Part shown: positions 45,036 through 56,114 of the stretch, in pieces | How the letters are laid out: each line of letters starts with the position of its first letter | Numbering within the stretch: position 1 is the stretch's first letter | Assembly: GCA_027923505.1 (NCBI GenBank) | Contig: BROI01000016.1 | Location: 372,001-436,000 of the forward strand | Length of the DNA: 64,000 nt | Direction of reading: 5' to 3' | Source: Mayamaea pseudoterrestris | Taxonomy: Eukaryota | Translations under genes and position numbers: made by a program | Notes under the pieces: generated by a model | What the model was told of the DNA's origin: nothing | Database searches by the model: none | The model's input: the letters and a program-made list of their open reading frames with translations, nothing else

Positions 45036-45812
45036 ATGTATTCGCTTGCTTTCAATGCGGCTCGTCCTTTGGCAAAGGCAGCATCAAGACGACTGGTGCC
45101 TGCCAAGAAGGTACGTCTACGTTGTTCTTTGGAGCGATCTCGAGCGAACACGAAACGTCATCCCAACACGAACCTCTATTTTCCTCTTTCGTTGCAGACA
45201 CTTGCACTCCTTAGTTCCTCCTCCAACAACAATGATATTACATCACTCATTATCAACGCCGTCGGCCAGGATCGCCTCGGCATTGTCTCCGACGTAACTG
45301 GCATGGTCATTGAGCACGGCGGCAACGTTGGCGACTCGCAGGCCGCCAAGCTGGGCAGTCACTTTTCGCTCATGATGCATGTTTCGCTACCAGAGTCGCA
45401 GAAACAGCAGCTGCAAGATAGTTTGAGAAAGTTAAAGGATATGAATGCGACAGTGTTTGAAACGAATGATGTTGCGTCGTCGTCAAGAGTGACACCTCGC
45501 ATTGCCTATCAAGGATTGTTCACACTGGAAGGTGCCGATAATCCGGGCATTGTGCATGTCATGACCACGGCGCTCGCCAAACATGGTTTGAACATTAGCA
45601 AGATGGAAACGGATCAGGAGATTGCGCCGCATGGAGGAACCATGCTGTTTCGCATCAAGGGCAAGGCGGTTGCCTACGAACCGCTGGCAGCGAGTTTTGA
45701 TGTCATGCAAATCAAGAGCGACCTGCAGGACCTTGGAGCGAGTCTGAATTGCGACGTTGAATTGGAGGAGTTGGATGATGATAGTACAAGTGCATCTTTC
45801 TACGGAGGTTAA
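45036..45812 (+). CDS. Tandem ACT-domain protein (GcvR-like) with mitochondrial-type presequence; probable intron 45111-45197
   Basis: LIINAVGQDRLGIVSDVT...GGNVGDSQAAKLGSHFSLMM and LEGADNPGIVHVMTTALAKHGLNI; gtacgt...ttgcag in-frame intron. Confidence 0.85.
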   Translation: MYSLAFNAARPLAKAASRRLVPAKKVRLRCSLERSRANTKRHPNTNLYFPLSLQTLALLSSSSNNNDITSLIINAVGQDRLGIVSDVTGMVIEHGGNVGDSQAAKLGSHFSLMMHVSLPESQKQQLQDSLRKLKDMNATVFETNDVASSSRVTPRIAYQGLFTLEGADNPGIVHVMTTALAKHGLNISKMETDQEIAPHGGTMLFRIKGKAVAYEPLAASFDVMQIKSDLQDLGASLNCDVELEELDDDSTSASFYGG

Positions 45813-45932
45813 AAGTAATGGGTAGCGTTTCGTTGCATGCTTACGCCTTACGCAAGAGTTTCATTCTATTTCCAAGCAAGTAGTAATTCATGGTTTCTAT
45901 CATCATTAATAAGACAAGCCAGTCACACTTAA

Positions 45933-46488
45933 TTACAATCGTCGACCACGTCGTCCACTCTTGCGTCTGGTACTATCGGAAGGAATGGGCGTGACATCCT
46001 CAATACGTCCAATCTTCATCCCGTTGCGCGCCAAGGCTCGGAGCGCACTCTGCGCTCCCGGTCCCGGCGATCGACTCTTGTTACCTCCCGTACCTCTCAC
46101 TTTGATGTGCAACGCGGTGATACCAAGTTCCTTGCAGCGCGCCGCCACATCCTGCGCGGCCAGCATGGCGGCGTACGGACTCGACTCGTCGCGGTCCGCC
46201 TTGACCTTCATGCCTCCCGTGACGCGCACCAGTGTTTCGCGGCCCGACAAGTCAGTGACATGGACAAAGGTGTCGTTGAAGGAGGCAAACAAGTGGGCGA
46301 CGCCAAAGACTTCCTCGCCTTCCTGCAAGCGGACGCCGCCGACAGTGTTGGTTGGAGCGGCAGCTTGTTCTGTTGCGTCACTGTAAAAGATGATATAATA
46401 TTGGTGATAGGTGAGGATATGCAGATTCTACATGATTGGGCTCTTGGTGCCATCGTCAATTTAATTGCAATAGGAGAACTTACGCCAT
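45933..46488 (-). CDS. RPS14: 40S ribosomal protein S14 (uS11); exons 46488-46484, 46380-45933
   Basis: [54 protein letters not shown]. 5-nt first coding exon ATGGC|gtaagt. Confidence 0.97.
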
Positions 46489-46895
46489 GGTTGTCTATTA
46501 GTCTGAATGTAGCTGGTTCAACAAGACGAGTTTCGATTGCTCATGGCCATGGCGGCGGCCGGCGTGTCGAAAGTTAGTAAGCCGGTAAGTTGGGACGTGT
46601 CGGTGCGTTAATTGATAATGTCGCAGCGGGGACACTTTCGTGGAGGGCGCGTGCGCGCGCCAACTTTTGGCGATGCGCTCGCTAGCTCGTCGCTCACAGC
46701 TCACAACCGAATCTTGCGCGACGACAAAGACGATTGTTGCTTGATTGACTCTTTCCTCTCCTGGTAGCGCAGCGCAGCAACTAGTCATCAAGTAATTAAA
46801 GAGAGATATAATACAGAACGAAAGAAACAAAGTACCGTAACGTGCGCTGCAGCAGAAATAGTGCAAGCAGACGCGACACCGTCCTTCGCCAAGCC

Positions 46896-49800
46896 ATGGT
46901 TTCTACTCGCCCTCTTCCACCAGTGCCACAGCAAGCACTCTCAAAGGATGGAACAGTCGACTCGGGAGCCGTCGAGCAGCTGCTGAGTGAAAAGTTGGTG
47001 CAAGGGTATTTGCTACTGGAGAAAGCATGTCCTTCCTGTGCGACGCCACTCGTCAAGCAACAACTGACAAACACTCAAACGCAGCAACGACAGCAACAAC
47101 CCCACGGTATTGACCAAGCCATGTCACTCGCAAGCTCCATGGAAAGTAATGGCAACAGCAACCACAAGACCTCCAAGCAAATCGTCATTCCCATTGCCGG
47201 AGTACCCTTTTGCGTCTGGTGCCAGGCGCACGTTGTCACGGATCAGACCGAGGTGCGAGAGCTGGAGTCCGTGTCGAGCCGCTTGAAGGTACGCGGATCC
47301 ATCATGGTGCAGGGCGGCTTGGCGAGTTTGAGTACGCAGGATGACGACGATGACGACGACGGAATGGAGACGGACGATGATGGTCGTGAGGAACAACCAG
47401 GAGCTGTTGCTTCGTACAAGCACATGGCGACGTTGGATTCGACGACACCCAAGCCATATGACGAAAAGTCAACCTACAACAAGCAAAAGATGCTCGAGAC
47501 GATTGTTCCGGGAGCACCAAGCATGGCGTCGATGGCGCTAACAAGTAAAACGACCAATTCAATACTTGACAAGTCCATGCCGACGGCGATGCAGCCTGCA
47601 AAGACGAACCACATTGACACGCCGCATCCTCCCATTTTTGGAACCTTTATGAGTTCCATCTTTAATGGCAACAAGACTGCCGCGAACGACGACACAACAA
47701 AGCCAGTGACAGCGCAAGCATCAGTGGCGACGGACAAGGCAACGGCAGCTTCAGCGTCTCCCGTTATGCACGACCGCATCACTGACCAGCGACGCGCTTT
47801 TGACTTTGATCAGTCGCCCACCGCGTCTCAAAGGAAGTGTAGCAGCAACATGAGTCGAGCCAGTCCGCGATCGCGTCGGTCCGCTCGCTCTTGCAAAAGT
47901 CGGGGCGACGATAGTTCCACCGACGACTATGAGGAAATCGAAGTGGTTCACGTCGACGATGACAATCAAACAACGCTGAGCGAGCTTGAGCAAAAGATTT
48001 TGAGCAATGAGCAGGCGCAATTGTCGCCAACCAGTTGCGACTTGAATGACAGTCAGGCTGGAGTGGAGCACATTCACATGATCATGTCGGATGTTTCGGA
48101 GCAGCCACCGCAAAATCCACAGTTGACCCGTCCGTTGCTTTCGGCCCACGCGTCAAGCATAACAGCGTCCATGATGATGATGAGCCAGCAACAGCCGGTG
48201 CAGCTTCATGCAATGGCGAGTCAAGCGACGGATGCTATGCAAAAGAAGCAAGAGGAAGGAGGAATTGATGGTCAAGAAGTAGAGCACCATCAGACTAAGA
48301 TTGCCAAAACCATTGCAGAGGAGCCTGCCATTACCAGCAATTTGGCAGTCGGTAAAACTCACAGTGACACTTCTAAAAAGCATATTGAAGAGTCAAAGGA
48401 TGCTGACGACGACAAGGATGATGATGATGACGGAAGCAAGTGTACAGTCAGTATAGAGCACAATTTTGACATGGTTGAGCTCGCTCACATTTCAGAAGAC
48501 GAAGATGAGCCCATGCCAGCTTACGACAAACGTCGTGACATTGCCACCAAGGTGCTCGGCGCCAAGATGATTCAAGGGTTCACGCTGACGGAACTTCAGT
48601 GCAACAAGTGTCTTATGCCGCTCATGGAGAAGAACGCTTCCTATTTTTGCGTGGTCTGTCCCGTGCTAAAAAAGAAGTTTAAGGAAAGCCTTGCATCGCT
48701 TGGGGATGACTTGACGGAAGCCAGTCATAAGTCGCGTATGCAAAATAGTGCTGGCGGTTCCCACATGCAGAGCAGTGCCGGCGGCTCGCGCCATCCAAGT
48801 AGCGCCGGAGGATCTCGCGTCTCAATCCACGCCGCAGGCGAAACACAGGGCAAGATTGCCCTGCTTGACGAAGATCAAGCACAGTTGGCGGCGCAAGCCG
48901 AAGCACCGACTGAGAAAGTAACTGCCCTCGACGCCATAAACGAGAAAGGGCCTGCGCCAAATGTGCGACTGGAAACGCTAGCTGCAATTCAGGAGCAGGG
49001 CACATTATCAAGTAGCTCGGTTTCTGGTAATCCAAAAATAGACATCATAAAAGCAGCCACCAATGCACCGTTGAAAAGCACCAAGTCCGCATCCGCTAGC
49101 CAAGAAAACTCAGTAATTGCAAACACATCTGTCGAGAAATTTTCAATGACTAAGGATCACGTGGAACACTTGAACGCCAACAACTGCGTGTCGCCCGCTC
49201 ACTCCAAGCCCCACGATATTCATGCGGCACTATCACCGAAAAGCGCCATTTCAAAGCTAACTAGTGTCGGCTCCGCAAGTCACTACAATACCTCATTTGC
49301 GCCAGCTGTGGTTCCAAAAACAGTTTCAACGCCAATTTTTACAAAAGCTTTTGCTCCTCAGCAACTGCGAAGCAAGCCGTTCCCTGGCGTATCACAGTCA
49401 GTAGCATCAAGCAATAAAGGGCCTCGCTACTTGACACCAAAGAAGGAGTCGAAAATACCGTGGGAGAGTTTAAAAATCAGCACGTCTCCAGTTCCGTCAG
49501 AATCAACTATTGATATCGGTAGCAGGTGTGGAATCAAACTTGCGCCAAAGACACAAACAGCCGATCGAATGGAGCCCACGATAAGCAGTCAGCTTTTTGA
49601 TAAGTCGCCAGGAAGCACACACCAGCCCCAAACTCCCATTCTGCAAGCCGCTGACGCGACCGACCTTTCTAAGCAGCCCACTTCGCGTGTGTCATACGCG
49701 GACACAGGAGCGGCAAGTCATGGGGTGCAGTCACCAGTTAAGGATAGTGATGTCCCCGTGGTGTTGCCTGAGAGGCAGCATATGATGAGCTCATCTCAAA

Positions 49801-52800
49801 GCCAGGGCACAGAGACAGAAGTGGTAAATGATAGTGCATCAAAGCATAGTCATGACTCGGAAAAGACGTACGACACTGTACCCGAGCATTTGCTGGAGCT
49901 ACGAAAGTTGAATCAATTAGCCGACAATAACTCAAAGCGGCCAGATGCTCCGGCGAATACGTTGGTACGTTCGATCAAATCTGGACTCGTATTATCCACT
50001 CCGTACAGTGACGATGCTCGGGAAGAGAATTTGATGAAGAATAACTTGCATGGAAGCAACAACATTCTTCAACTGGAAGGCAACACAGATGCAGCCGCTT
50101 CCACTTTAAATACGTCAGTGGACGAGTCGGCTCCATCACAAGAATTCTCAGTGCGTAATGAAAAGCTGTCGGATTCGAAGATTCCAGCAGCAAAGGACAG
50201 TATGTCAAGTGCCGCAAAAGAGGAGGAAGCTCGTACTACGTCGATAACCGAGAAAGCTGCAAAAGAAATGAGGAGACGACGAGGCAACCAGGTCGACTTA
50301 GCGCATGGCCAGCTAAACGATATCACGCCGGAAAAGAAAATAGATGGATCGGTCGATGGAAGCTCGTCGCTATCTAACGTCGAAGCAGCTTGTGTCACTC
50401 TACTCTCTGAGGATATCAAGTCCATTCAGACAGCCGCTAACACCGCATTGGCAAAGGCTGACCAGAATATTTGTCTGCAAGAGGCAATGCAGCTAGTAGT
50501 CAACCCTTTCGCTCAGTTGGAAGACGGATACAACGACATAATGTCCCTATCGCCTCCCTCGCGCAAAAAGCGCAAGGAACTGGAGAAACAAGCTGCCGCT
50601 CTTTTTGCTGAGGCTGAAGCTGCCGATTTTGAAAGCATCATTGAAAAAACTCCTAGCGAACGTCAGAATCGGCTCGAATCCGCTCTCGCTCAGGAGAATC
50701 TCCGCGCCCATCAAGAATCAAAGCGTATAGAGAATCTCGAGCGTCGATATGGCGAGCAGATGCACCGAGAGCATACTCGGGGTGTTCTCCAAGGACTTAC
50801 AAGTCACGTGAAAGCGCTGTTTGGCGAAAATGAACGAAGTCTACTTGATGATATCTCAAAAAGCGTCAGGGCTCGCAAGATAGCTGAAGCAGAAGCACAG
50901 CGCCTTGGTGCTGAATTACATGCTCTTCAGGAAGAATGTAAAATCTTGAAGATGCACAAAGATGCTGATCAGCGAGCTAGAGAAACTGCAGTCGCAGATC
51001 AAATTACCGAGAAACCTGCTTCATTGCTCAACAACGAGATAGCGACGGCTCGGCATGGCAGTAAAGCAATGTCGACGCAAGGAAGTGAAGCGATGGATTT
51101 AGCTCACACCAATGTAACTGAACGAACGAATGCAATTTTGAAGACAACCTCACCTACCGTTGTCACGTCAGCCTCGCATAATACACTCGATACAGTGCAC
51201 GACGAACTTGCGCGTGCAATTGCTGTTGGCGATGCCTCCGTGGTTGCAGAGGTTGAAAGTATCGTAAGATCTCAAGCGGAAGACTATCACGACGAGACAG
51301 AAGCAGCATCTCGCATCGAAGATTACTGGGAAACCTTGCGAGTCGAAGGACGAGCCGTTATGACTCGTCGTTTGATGGGTGGGTGGATCTTATTAAAGCA
51401 GACATGCCAAGGACGATGTTGCGAAGGACGTCCACTTCTTTTAGACGACGACAACAATAGGCACTGTGTCGTCTGTGGAGGTTCAGGAAGCGGTTTCGAT
51501 GGAGTCTATGCGCTTCCGTCTGTTGCGGAAGAGTCCACCATGCGTGACATCTCTCTTCCCGAAGAGATTCAAACGCCATGCTTTGAGGTTGGTGTCATTA
51601 AAAAAGACCTTGGACACATGCCAAGCACTAGCTATCTTGACGAAATTAGTCACGATCTTGGTGAGCACGTCATGAAGACTGTCTGGAATGGTCCTTCGGA
51701 GATTAACGTTGAGAATTACGAAACAAAGCGTGATTTTGTCAGCAAAGAAATCGGGAAACGCATGCTTAAGGGCTGGACTTTACTGCAAGCATCCTGCCCT
51801 CAATGCACTATGCCGCTTATGACTGACCTTGACAAGCGCAAAGAAATTTGCGTGTTGTGTGGCGTAGTTGGTCTCGCGGCTCAAACATGCGGAAGCGTTA
51901 TATCAAACGCTACTTCCAACCTTGCAAGTTTTGACAGCGCAAAGTCGAAGTCCATTGGAGCAATGCATGAGGTCATTAGTGGACGTCTAAAAGCCGCGAA
52001 TTCCAAAGACAGCCATTCGCGCATTCAGCTCAAGAAGACTCTCATTCGCGAGCTAGTCATGGAGGAGGCAAAGAAGGCTGCGGGTCGTTTGACGACGAAA
52101 ATGCAAGCTCCGGGGCAAAAGAATCCATCCGATGCCATATCTTGGAGCAATAGTTCCCTTGAAACTTCCAAACAAGGCTCACGCTCAATGGATCCCTCAA
52201 ACGAAGAAGTTTCCCAGCGCCAGACATATTTTACGACTGAAATAAGCGATGCGTTCAAGCCGTCATCTACCCGTTCATCTGTTCCTGAATGGCTTGCTGG
52301 AAGTCGACGCGTTAAGGACGCTTCCGTCAGTCCGGCTAGGACACGAGTTGCTAACTCCGTGTCAGGGCGCATCTCAATTGACCCTCTCGATACGACCACA
52401 CAAGGATCAAAAGAGAATAATACAATAAAACGAGCTGAACCTGAACTGAATACTCGTGGCGAGCAGCTGCAGTCGCTAGCGGCTCTGCGTGAATCAAAGC
52501 CGGCAAAGCCCATCCTTTCGCCAGCAAACCAGAGTACGCGAGAACCTAGAGGTGATCCTCCGGCGCTGCAAGGTTACGCCGTAGGTCGGAAGCAGGCAAT
52601 CGACGCAGATGCAACGTACAGCATTGTCCAACAGAGGAAGATCAAATTGTTGGCTTCTCCCGAGTCACCTTCAGAACTATCCAGAGATGAAATTGAAGCG
52701 TCAAGTCCATCGTCACGTACTTTGACAATCGAGATGCCTCACGAGATCAGTCGAAGTGACGAGAACTCAATTCTTAAGTTAATCGAAACAGCAAAGGGGA

Positions 52801-54341
52801 CATTGACAGTTGACACAGGAACCCGTCGCGATAATATTTCTAGAGCCGAGCCATCCCCAGGGATGTCTCAACTCACGGTTCCTGGTTCAAGACGTTCTTA
52901 CGGGCATTCAACGAGTCAGCCTCATCGCTCGAAGCAATCTCTTTCTACAAGTGAGTCTCTCGCAGCTGATATGCCATTTTCTAGTCAAGAAGAGGAAGCA
53001 GTCGATGGTAGCAGCGGCGGACTTGAGACACAACGAACGAGGGCCCTTGCGTCCCCCGGCATGTTCCCTGTTCGCAGCCCCGGGTACTGTGTCTCGCCTA
53101 ATCACACCAGTAGCAGCGATGACAGCATTGATCCACCAGCAAGTTTTCAGCAGCCTGCAGCTTTTCGAAGAAGAAGCTATAAGAGTACTATGGAGATGAA
53201 GAAGGTACTTCGAGGAACCAATTCATTCCTGGCGCGTCAATCCGTTTCATCTCAAGGCCCTCACTCTGCTGTTGTTCAAGAGACTGAATCTTTCGGCAAA
53301 GAAAGTCAGCAGCGTCAAGACATTCATTCGGATGTGCCGGAAAACAATCTCGCTGATCAAGGAGGTATTTTGAAAAGCTTTTTAGGATGCGGCCCTGTGG
53401 GAGGCGACCAGAACAGTGCATCTCCCGATATCCTGTCCGACAATCGAACAGGTCGTAGTGTCGCTTCCACTCGACCTCGTATCACTCCTGAGTCGAGTGC
53501 GCGCCAGAATATTGGAAGTTATCGAGCGTCATTATCCAGCGCATCTGGTGATATCAGAGCGCTTTCTGGCAAGACCTCTGGAAGTACAAAGATATCTTCC
53601 TTGACTCCCGAGACTGGAAGTTCCAGAGAAATATCTGAATTTACCTCCCAAGATAATCAAATGTCCCCAGTATTCTCCGTTGACCAAATCGTTATACCGG
53701 CAAATAGACGCACCGACGACATAGTCAAGAAAGTACCTGCTGATTCAGGGCTGTCGACGAACTCTGACGATATCTTTCCCCGTGCAACGTCCGCCAGAGC
53801 TGACGATGGCGAAGAGCCGTTAGAACTGCACGAGAACGAGTCAGTAGTCATTGACGTGGAGCCGCTAACGCCAAGAAATATCACCATGACTGGCGGCACG
53901 GGCCAGTCACCGAATAATTTTGTTCTTGTCGGAGGCCCGTTGGATTTAACTGATGTTCCTGATGAGGAAGTGTACGATGTTTCTGACATGTATGACGAGG
54001 ATGATGCCGACTTTGTCCGCTACGGTAGCGACGGCCTACCTGGAATGTCAGGTATACGCGACGAAGACATTTTTGGCAGCCAATACCATATGAAGCAGCA
54101 CCCAGACATCGCCTCCCTTGGCTCATCTACCTTGGATGCCGTTCTAGCCCGGATCGATGACACTAAACGCCAATTGGAGCAAGCGCCGAGTGGTGACTCG
54201 GGAAGACTGCGTCAATTGATTGAAAATCTTGCTGAAGCAGCGAGCGACATTGAAAAGGAAGACCTCCTAGACCAACAGAGTCGTCGCTCGCATCAGCCTA
54301 TTAGCACGCCGCAGCAAAAGTCTCGCTTCCTTTGCAGATGA
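46896..54341 (+). CDS. 2,481-aa largely disordered protein with four SSSCA1/ZNRD2 (autoantigen p27)-type zinc ribbons
   Basis: Four copies of [KR]-[LM]-x-x-G-[WYF]-x-L...C-xx-C-x-x-PL...C-[VI]-x-C at ~46984-47224, ~48550-48661, ~51360-51477 and ~51750-51860. Single-exon ORF, ATG 46896. Confidence 0.85.
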   Translation: MVSTRPLPPVPQQALSKDGTVDSGAVEQLLSEKLVQGYLLLEKACPSCATPLVKQQLTNTQTQQRQQQPHGIDQAMSLASSMESNGNSNHKTSKQIVIPIAGVPFCVWCQAHVVTDQTEVRELESVSSRLKVRGSIMVQGGLASLSTQDDDDDDDGMETDDDGREEQPGAVASYKHMATLDSTTPKPYDEKSTYNKQKMLETIVPGAPSMASMALTSKTTNSILDKSMPTAMQPAKTNHIDTPHPPIFGTFMSSIFNGNKTAANDDTTKPVTAQASVATDKATAASASPVMHDRITDQRRAFDFDQSPTASQRKCSSNMSRASPRSRRSARSCKSRGDDSSTDDYEEIEVVHVDDDNQTTLSELEQKILSNEQAQLSPTSCDLNDSQAGVEHIHMIMSDVSEQPPQNPQLTRPLLSAHASSITASMMMMSQQQPVQLHAMASQATDAMQKKQEEGGIDGQEVEHHQTKIAKTIAEEPAITSNLAVGKTHSDTSKKHIEESKDADDDKDDDDDGSKCTVSIEHNFDMVELAHISEDEDEPMPAYDKRRDIATKVLGAKMIQGFTLTELQCNKCLMPLMEKNASYFCVVCPVLKKKFKESLASLGDDLTEASHKSRMQNSAGGSHMQSSAGGSRHPSSAGGSRVSIHAAGETQGKIALLDEDQAQLAAQAEAPTEKVTALDAINEKGPAPNVRLETLAAIQEQGTLSSSSVSGNPKIDIIKAATNAPLKSTKSASASQENSVIANTSVEKFSMTKDHVEHLNANNCVSPAHSKPHDIHAALSPKSAISKLTSVGSASHYNTSFAPAVVPKTVSTPIFTKAFAPQQLRSKPFPGVSQSVASSNKGPRYLTPKKESKIPWESLKISTSPVPSESTIDIGSRCGIKLAPKTQTADRMEPTISSQLFDKSPGSTHQPQTPILQAADATDLSKQPTSRVSYADTGAASHGVQSPVKDSDVPVVLPERQHMMSSSQSQGTETEVVNDSASKHSHDSEKTYDTVPEHLLELRKLNQLADNNSKRPDAPANTLVRSIKSGLVLSTPYSDDAREENLMKNNLHGSNNILQLEGNTDAAASTLNTSVDESAPSQEFSVRNEKLSDSKIPAAKDSMSSAAKEEEARTTSITEKAAKEMRRRRGNQVDLAHGQLNDITPEKKIDGSVDGSSSLSNVEAACVTLLSEDIKSIQTAANTALAKADQNICLQEAMQLVVNPFAQLEDGYNDIMSLSPPSRKKRKELEKQAAALFAEAEAADFESIIEKTPSERQNRLESALAQENLRAHQESKRIENLERRYGEQMHREHTRGVLQGLTSHVKALFGENERSLLDDISKSVRARKIAEAEAQRLGAELHALQEECKILKMHKDADQRARETAVADQITEKPASLLNNEIATARHGSKAMSTQGSEAMDLAHTNVTERTNAILKTTSPTVVTSASHNTLDTVHDELARAIAVGDASVVAEVESIVRSQAEDYHDETEAASRIEDYWETLRVEGRAVMTRRLMGGWILLKQTCQGRCCEGRPLLLDDDNNRHCVVCGGSGSGFDGVYALPSVAEESTMRDISLPEEIQTPCFEVGVIKKDLGHMPSTSYLDEISHDLGEHVMKTVWNGPSEINVENYETKRDFVSKEIGKRMLKGWTLLQASCPQCTMPLMTDLDKRKEICVLCGVVGLAAQTCGSVISNATSNLASFDSAKSKSIGAMHEVISGRLKAANSKDSHSRIQLKKTLIRELVMEEAKKAAGRLTTKMQAPGQKNPSDAISWSNSSLETSKQGSRSMDPSNEEVSQRQTYFTTEISDAFKPSSTRSSVPEWLAGSRRVKDASVSPARTRVANSVSGRISIDPLDTTTQGSKENNTIKRAEPELNTRGEQLQSLAALRESKPAKPILSPANQSTREPRGDPPALQGYAVGRKQAIDADATYSIVQQRKIKLLASPESPSELSRDEIEASSPSSRTLTIEMPHEISRSDENSILKLIETAKGTLTVDTGTRRDNISRAEPSPGMSQLTVPGSRRSYGHSTSQPHRSKQSLSTSESLAADMPFSSQEEEAVDGSSGGLETQRTRALASPGMFPVRSPGYCVSPNHTSSSDDSIDPPASFQQPAAFRRRSYKSTMEMKKVLRGTNSFLARQSVSSQGPHSAVVQETESFGKESQQRQDIHSDVPENNLADQGGILKSFLGCGPVGGDQNSASPDILSDNRTGRSVASTRPRITPESSARQNIGSYRASLSSASGDIRALSGKTSGSTKISSLTPETGSSREISEFTSQDNQMSPVFSVDQIVIPANRRTDDIVKKVPADSGLSTNSDDIFPRATSARADDGEEPLELHENESVVIDVEPLTPRNITMTGGTGQSPNNFVLVGGPLDLTDVPDEEVYDVSDMYDEDDADFVRYGSDGLPGMSGIRDEDIFGSQYHMKQHPDIASLGSSTLDAVLARIDDTKRQLEQAPSGDSGRLRQLIENLAEAASDIEKEDLLDQQSRRSHQPISTPQQKSRFLCR

Positions 54342-54807
54342 GGAAATGTGAGCAAGCTTGTATAGTATACTGATAGCGAATGTATGGAGAGTTCCACAAA
54401 AAAGGTTCGATATAGTTAAAATGTGTTACATAAAAATGCTTACTGTTTACGACTTGTAATGACGTGTCACGTCAACACAAGCTTGCAACCTTATAGGCTT
54501 CGGAATATAGGCTTTTAGTTCAATATACCTACGTTTATTTACCATGGGAATCGACTCGAAAGTTATGGAGGGCTTCAAACCGTAGGGGTCGTTTCGCGGA
54601 TAAGTACTGCCGTTTGGTCGTGGAAGGTGTGATCGGCAAGCTCTGCGAGTTGTCAGGTCATACGCATGAAAAGCCAATCGCTAGACTGTATTGTAACTGG
54701 CATGCAATGAAGGTTTATGTTTAACATTTACACAAAAAGGATACAAATGCGTCGGCCATACCACATGCTGAAAAAACTAGTGGAATCTATAAAATGGCAC
54801 CGCCGCC

Positions 54808-56114
54808 TCACAGAAACAGCGCCACACCAGCAAGAGCCAACCAAGTGCTCGACACAATAAACGCGGCTGCTGCTCCACTGTCGCTACCGCCATGGTTCAT
54901 ACCTTCCATTGTCGACGACAGTTCAATTTTGCAGTCATCCTCCGGCGCCAAGCCCTTGGCCTCCAAGTACGCTCGCATAACTTGAATTTCCATGTTTTGC
55001 GCATTGACAATGTGCCGCAGAATGCCTTCCAATATGCAATCGTCCGAGTCTTCATTGGTCAAGTCGGTGCAATCCAAAACATTCAAATTCAACAATGCCT
55101 TGGCCATGTTGATGGCGTTTTGATGGTGCGGAATCATTTGATGGACAAAGAGCGCCACGGCGTCATTGGCACTCGCCGCCGTGGTCATGCCGCGGTGCAT
55201 GGCGCAGTTCATCGAGTTTAAGCAGTCGCTGTACTTTTGGATGGTGGGATTGTCTTGCGCAATGTCGCACAGATAGGATACTTGACATTGGTCGTTCGGC
55301 AGCTGGTAGGACGATAGATTGTACGTTCCGCACGTTTGGTCGTATTCGCTGGGTTGGTCGTAGGAATATTCAATCTCGGGCGTGTCTTGCGCGCTGATGG
55401 GCTCGCCGTTGCTCAACAGCTTGATGCGACCCGACATGTGACTATGAATGTGGCAAAAGTAGAAAATGTCTTTGGTGTAGGTCGTGTCGCTAAAGTTGAG
55501 CTGGACGGAAAACTCCTTGCCTGCCCATTCCGGAACCGGGTGGTAAAAGAGCGGTTCGTAAGCGTCGAGACCGAAATTGTCTTGGTTTTGTGTCACGTCG
55601 AGCACACCGGCAATGTTGCTGTAGGTGCCTTGGTATTTGCCGTCGACGAAATACATTGGCGACGGACATGAGGCAGTCTCATCGCAGCCTGAGGTTCCTT
55701 CTGATACCTGTAACGGTTTCGAGTGAAGCATGTGAGTAGAAATGAGTGGTGAACTGATGCACTTTAATAGTAGTTTTACTGTCACAGAACATCCGTCTCG
55801 TTGTCACGTACCACTGGCTCTAGCTCATTCTTGTCGACATGCGCACCATCCGGAAAGTACGCCAGTCCCAACGGATGCATGTAGTTGCTTCTATCCGTTT
55901 GGTAAAAAGTATACACTTGATTCAGCTCTAGTCCAATGGTTGGATTGGTTTGGTTGCCGCATTCGTCAAAGTAAAAGTAACCGAGCTCACCGGCATGAAG
56001 ATTCACGTGCGCATGAAACTCGTTCGTTGACGACGTGCAAATCTCCTGGCCGGCAGCGGGAGATACTGCTGCTGCAGCAATCAAAACTACTAGCAGACTG
56101 ATTGTTCTCATCAT
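54808..56114 (-). CDS. ISIP3: ISIP3-like protein A (signal peptide, cupredoxin-like domain, DUF305 ferritin-like domain, hydrophobic C-terminal anchor); exons 56114-55812, 55707-54808
   Basis: MMRTISLLVVLIAAAA leader; NPTIGLE...YMHPLG; YFCHIHSHMSGRIKL; FVHQMIPHHQNAINMAK and IVNAQNMEIQVM (DUF305); ends SGAAAAFIVSSTWLALAGVALFL. The ISIP3 name rests on recalled knowledge that diatom ISIP3 carries DUF305. Confidence 0.8.

Noticed and set aside
46381..46483. Possible intronic snoRNA in RPS14
   Set aside because: Only a weak C-box-like TTGACGA, with no CTGA D box or H/ACA pattern.
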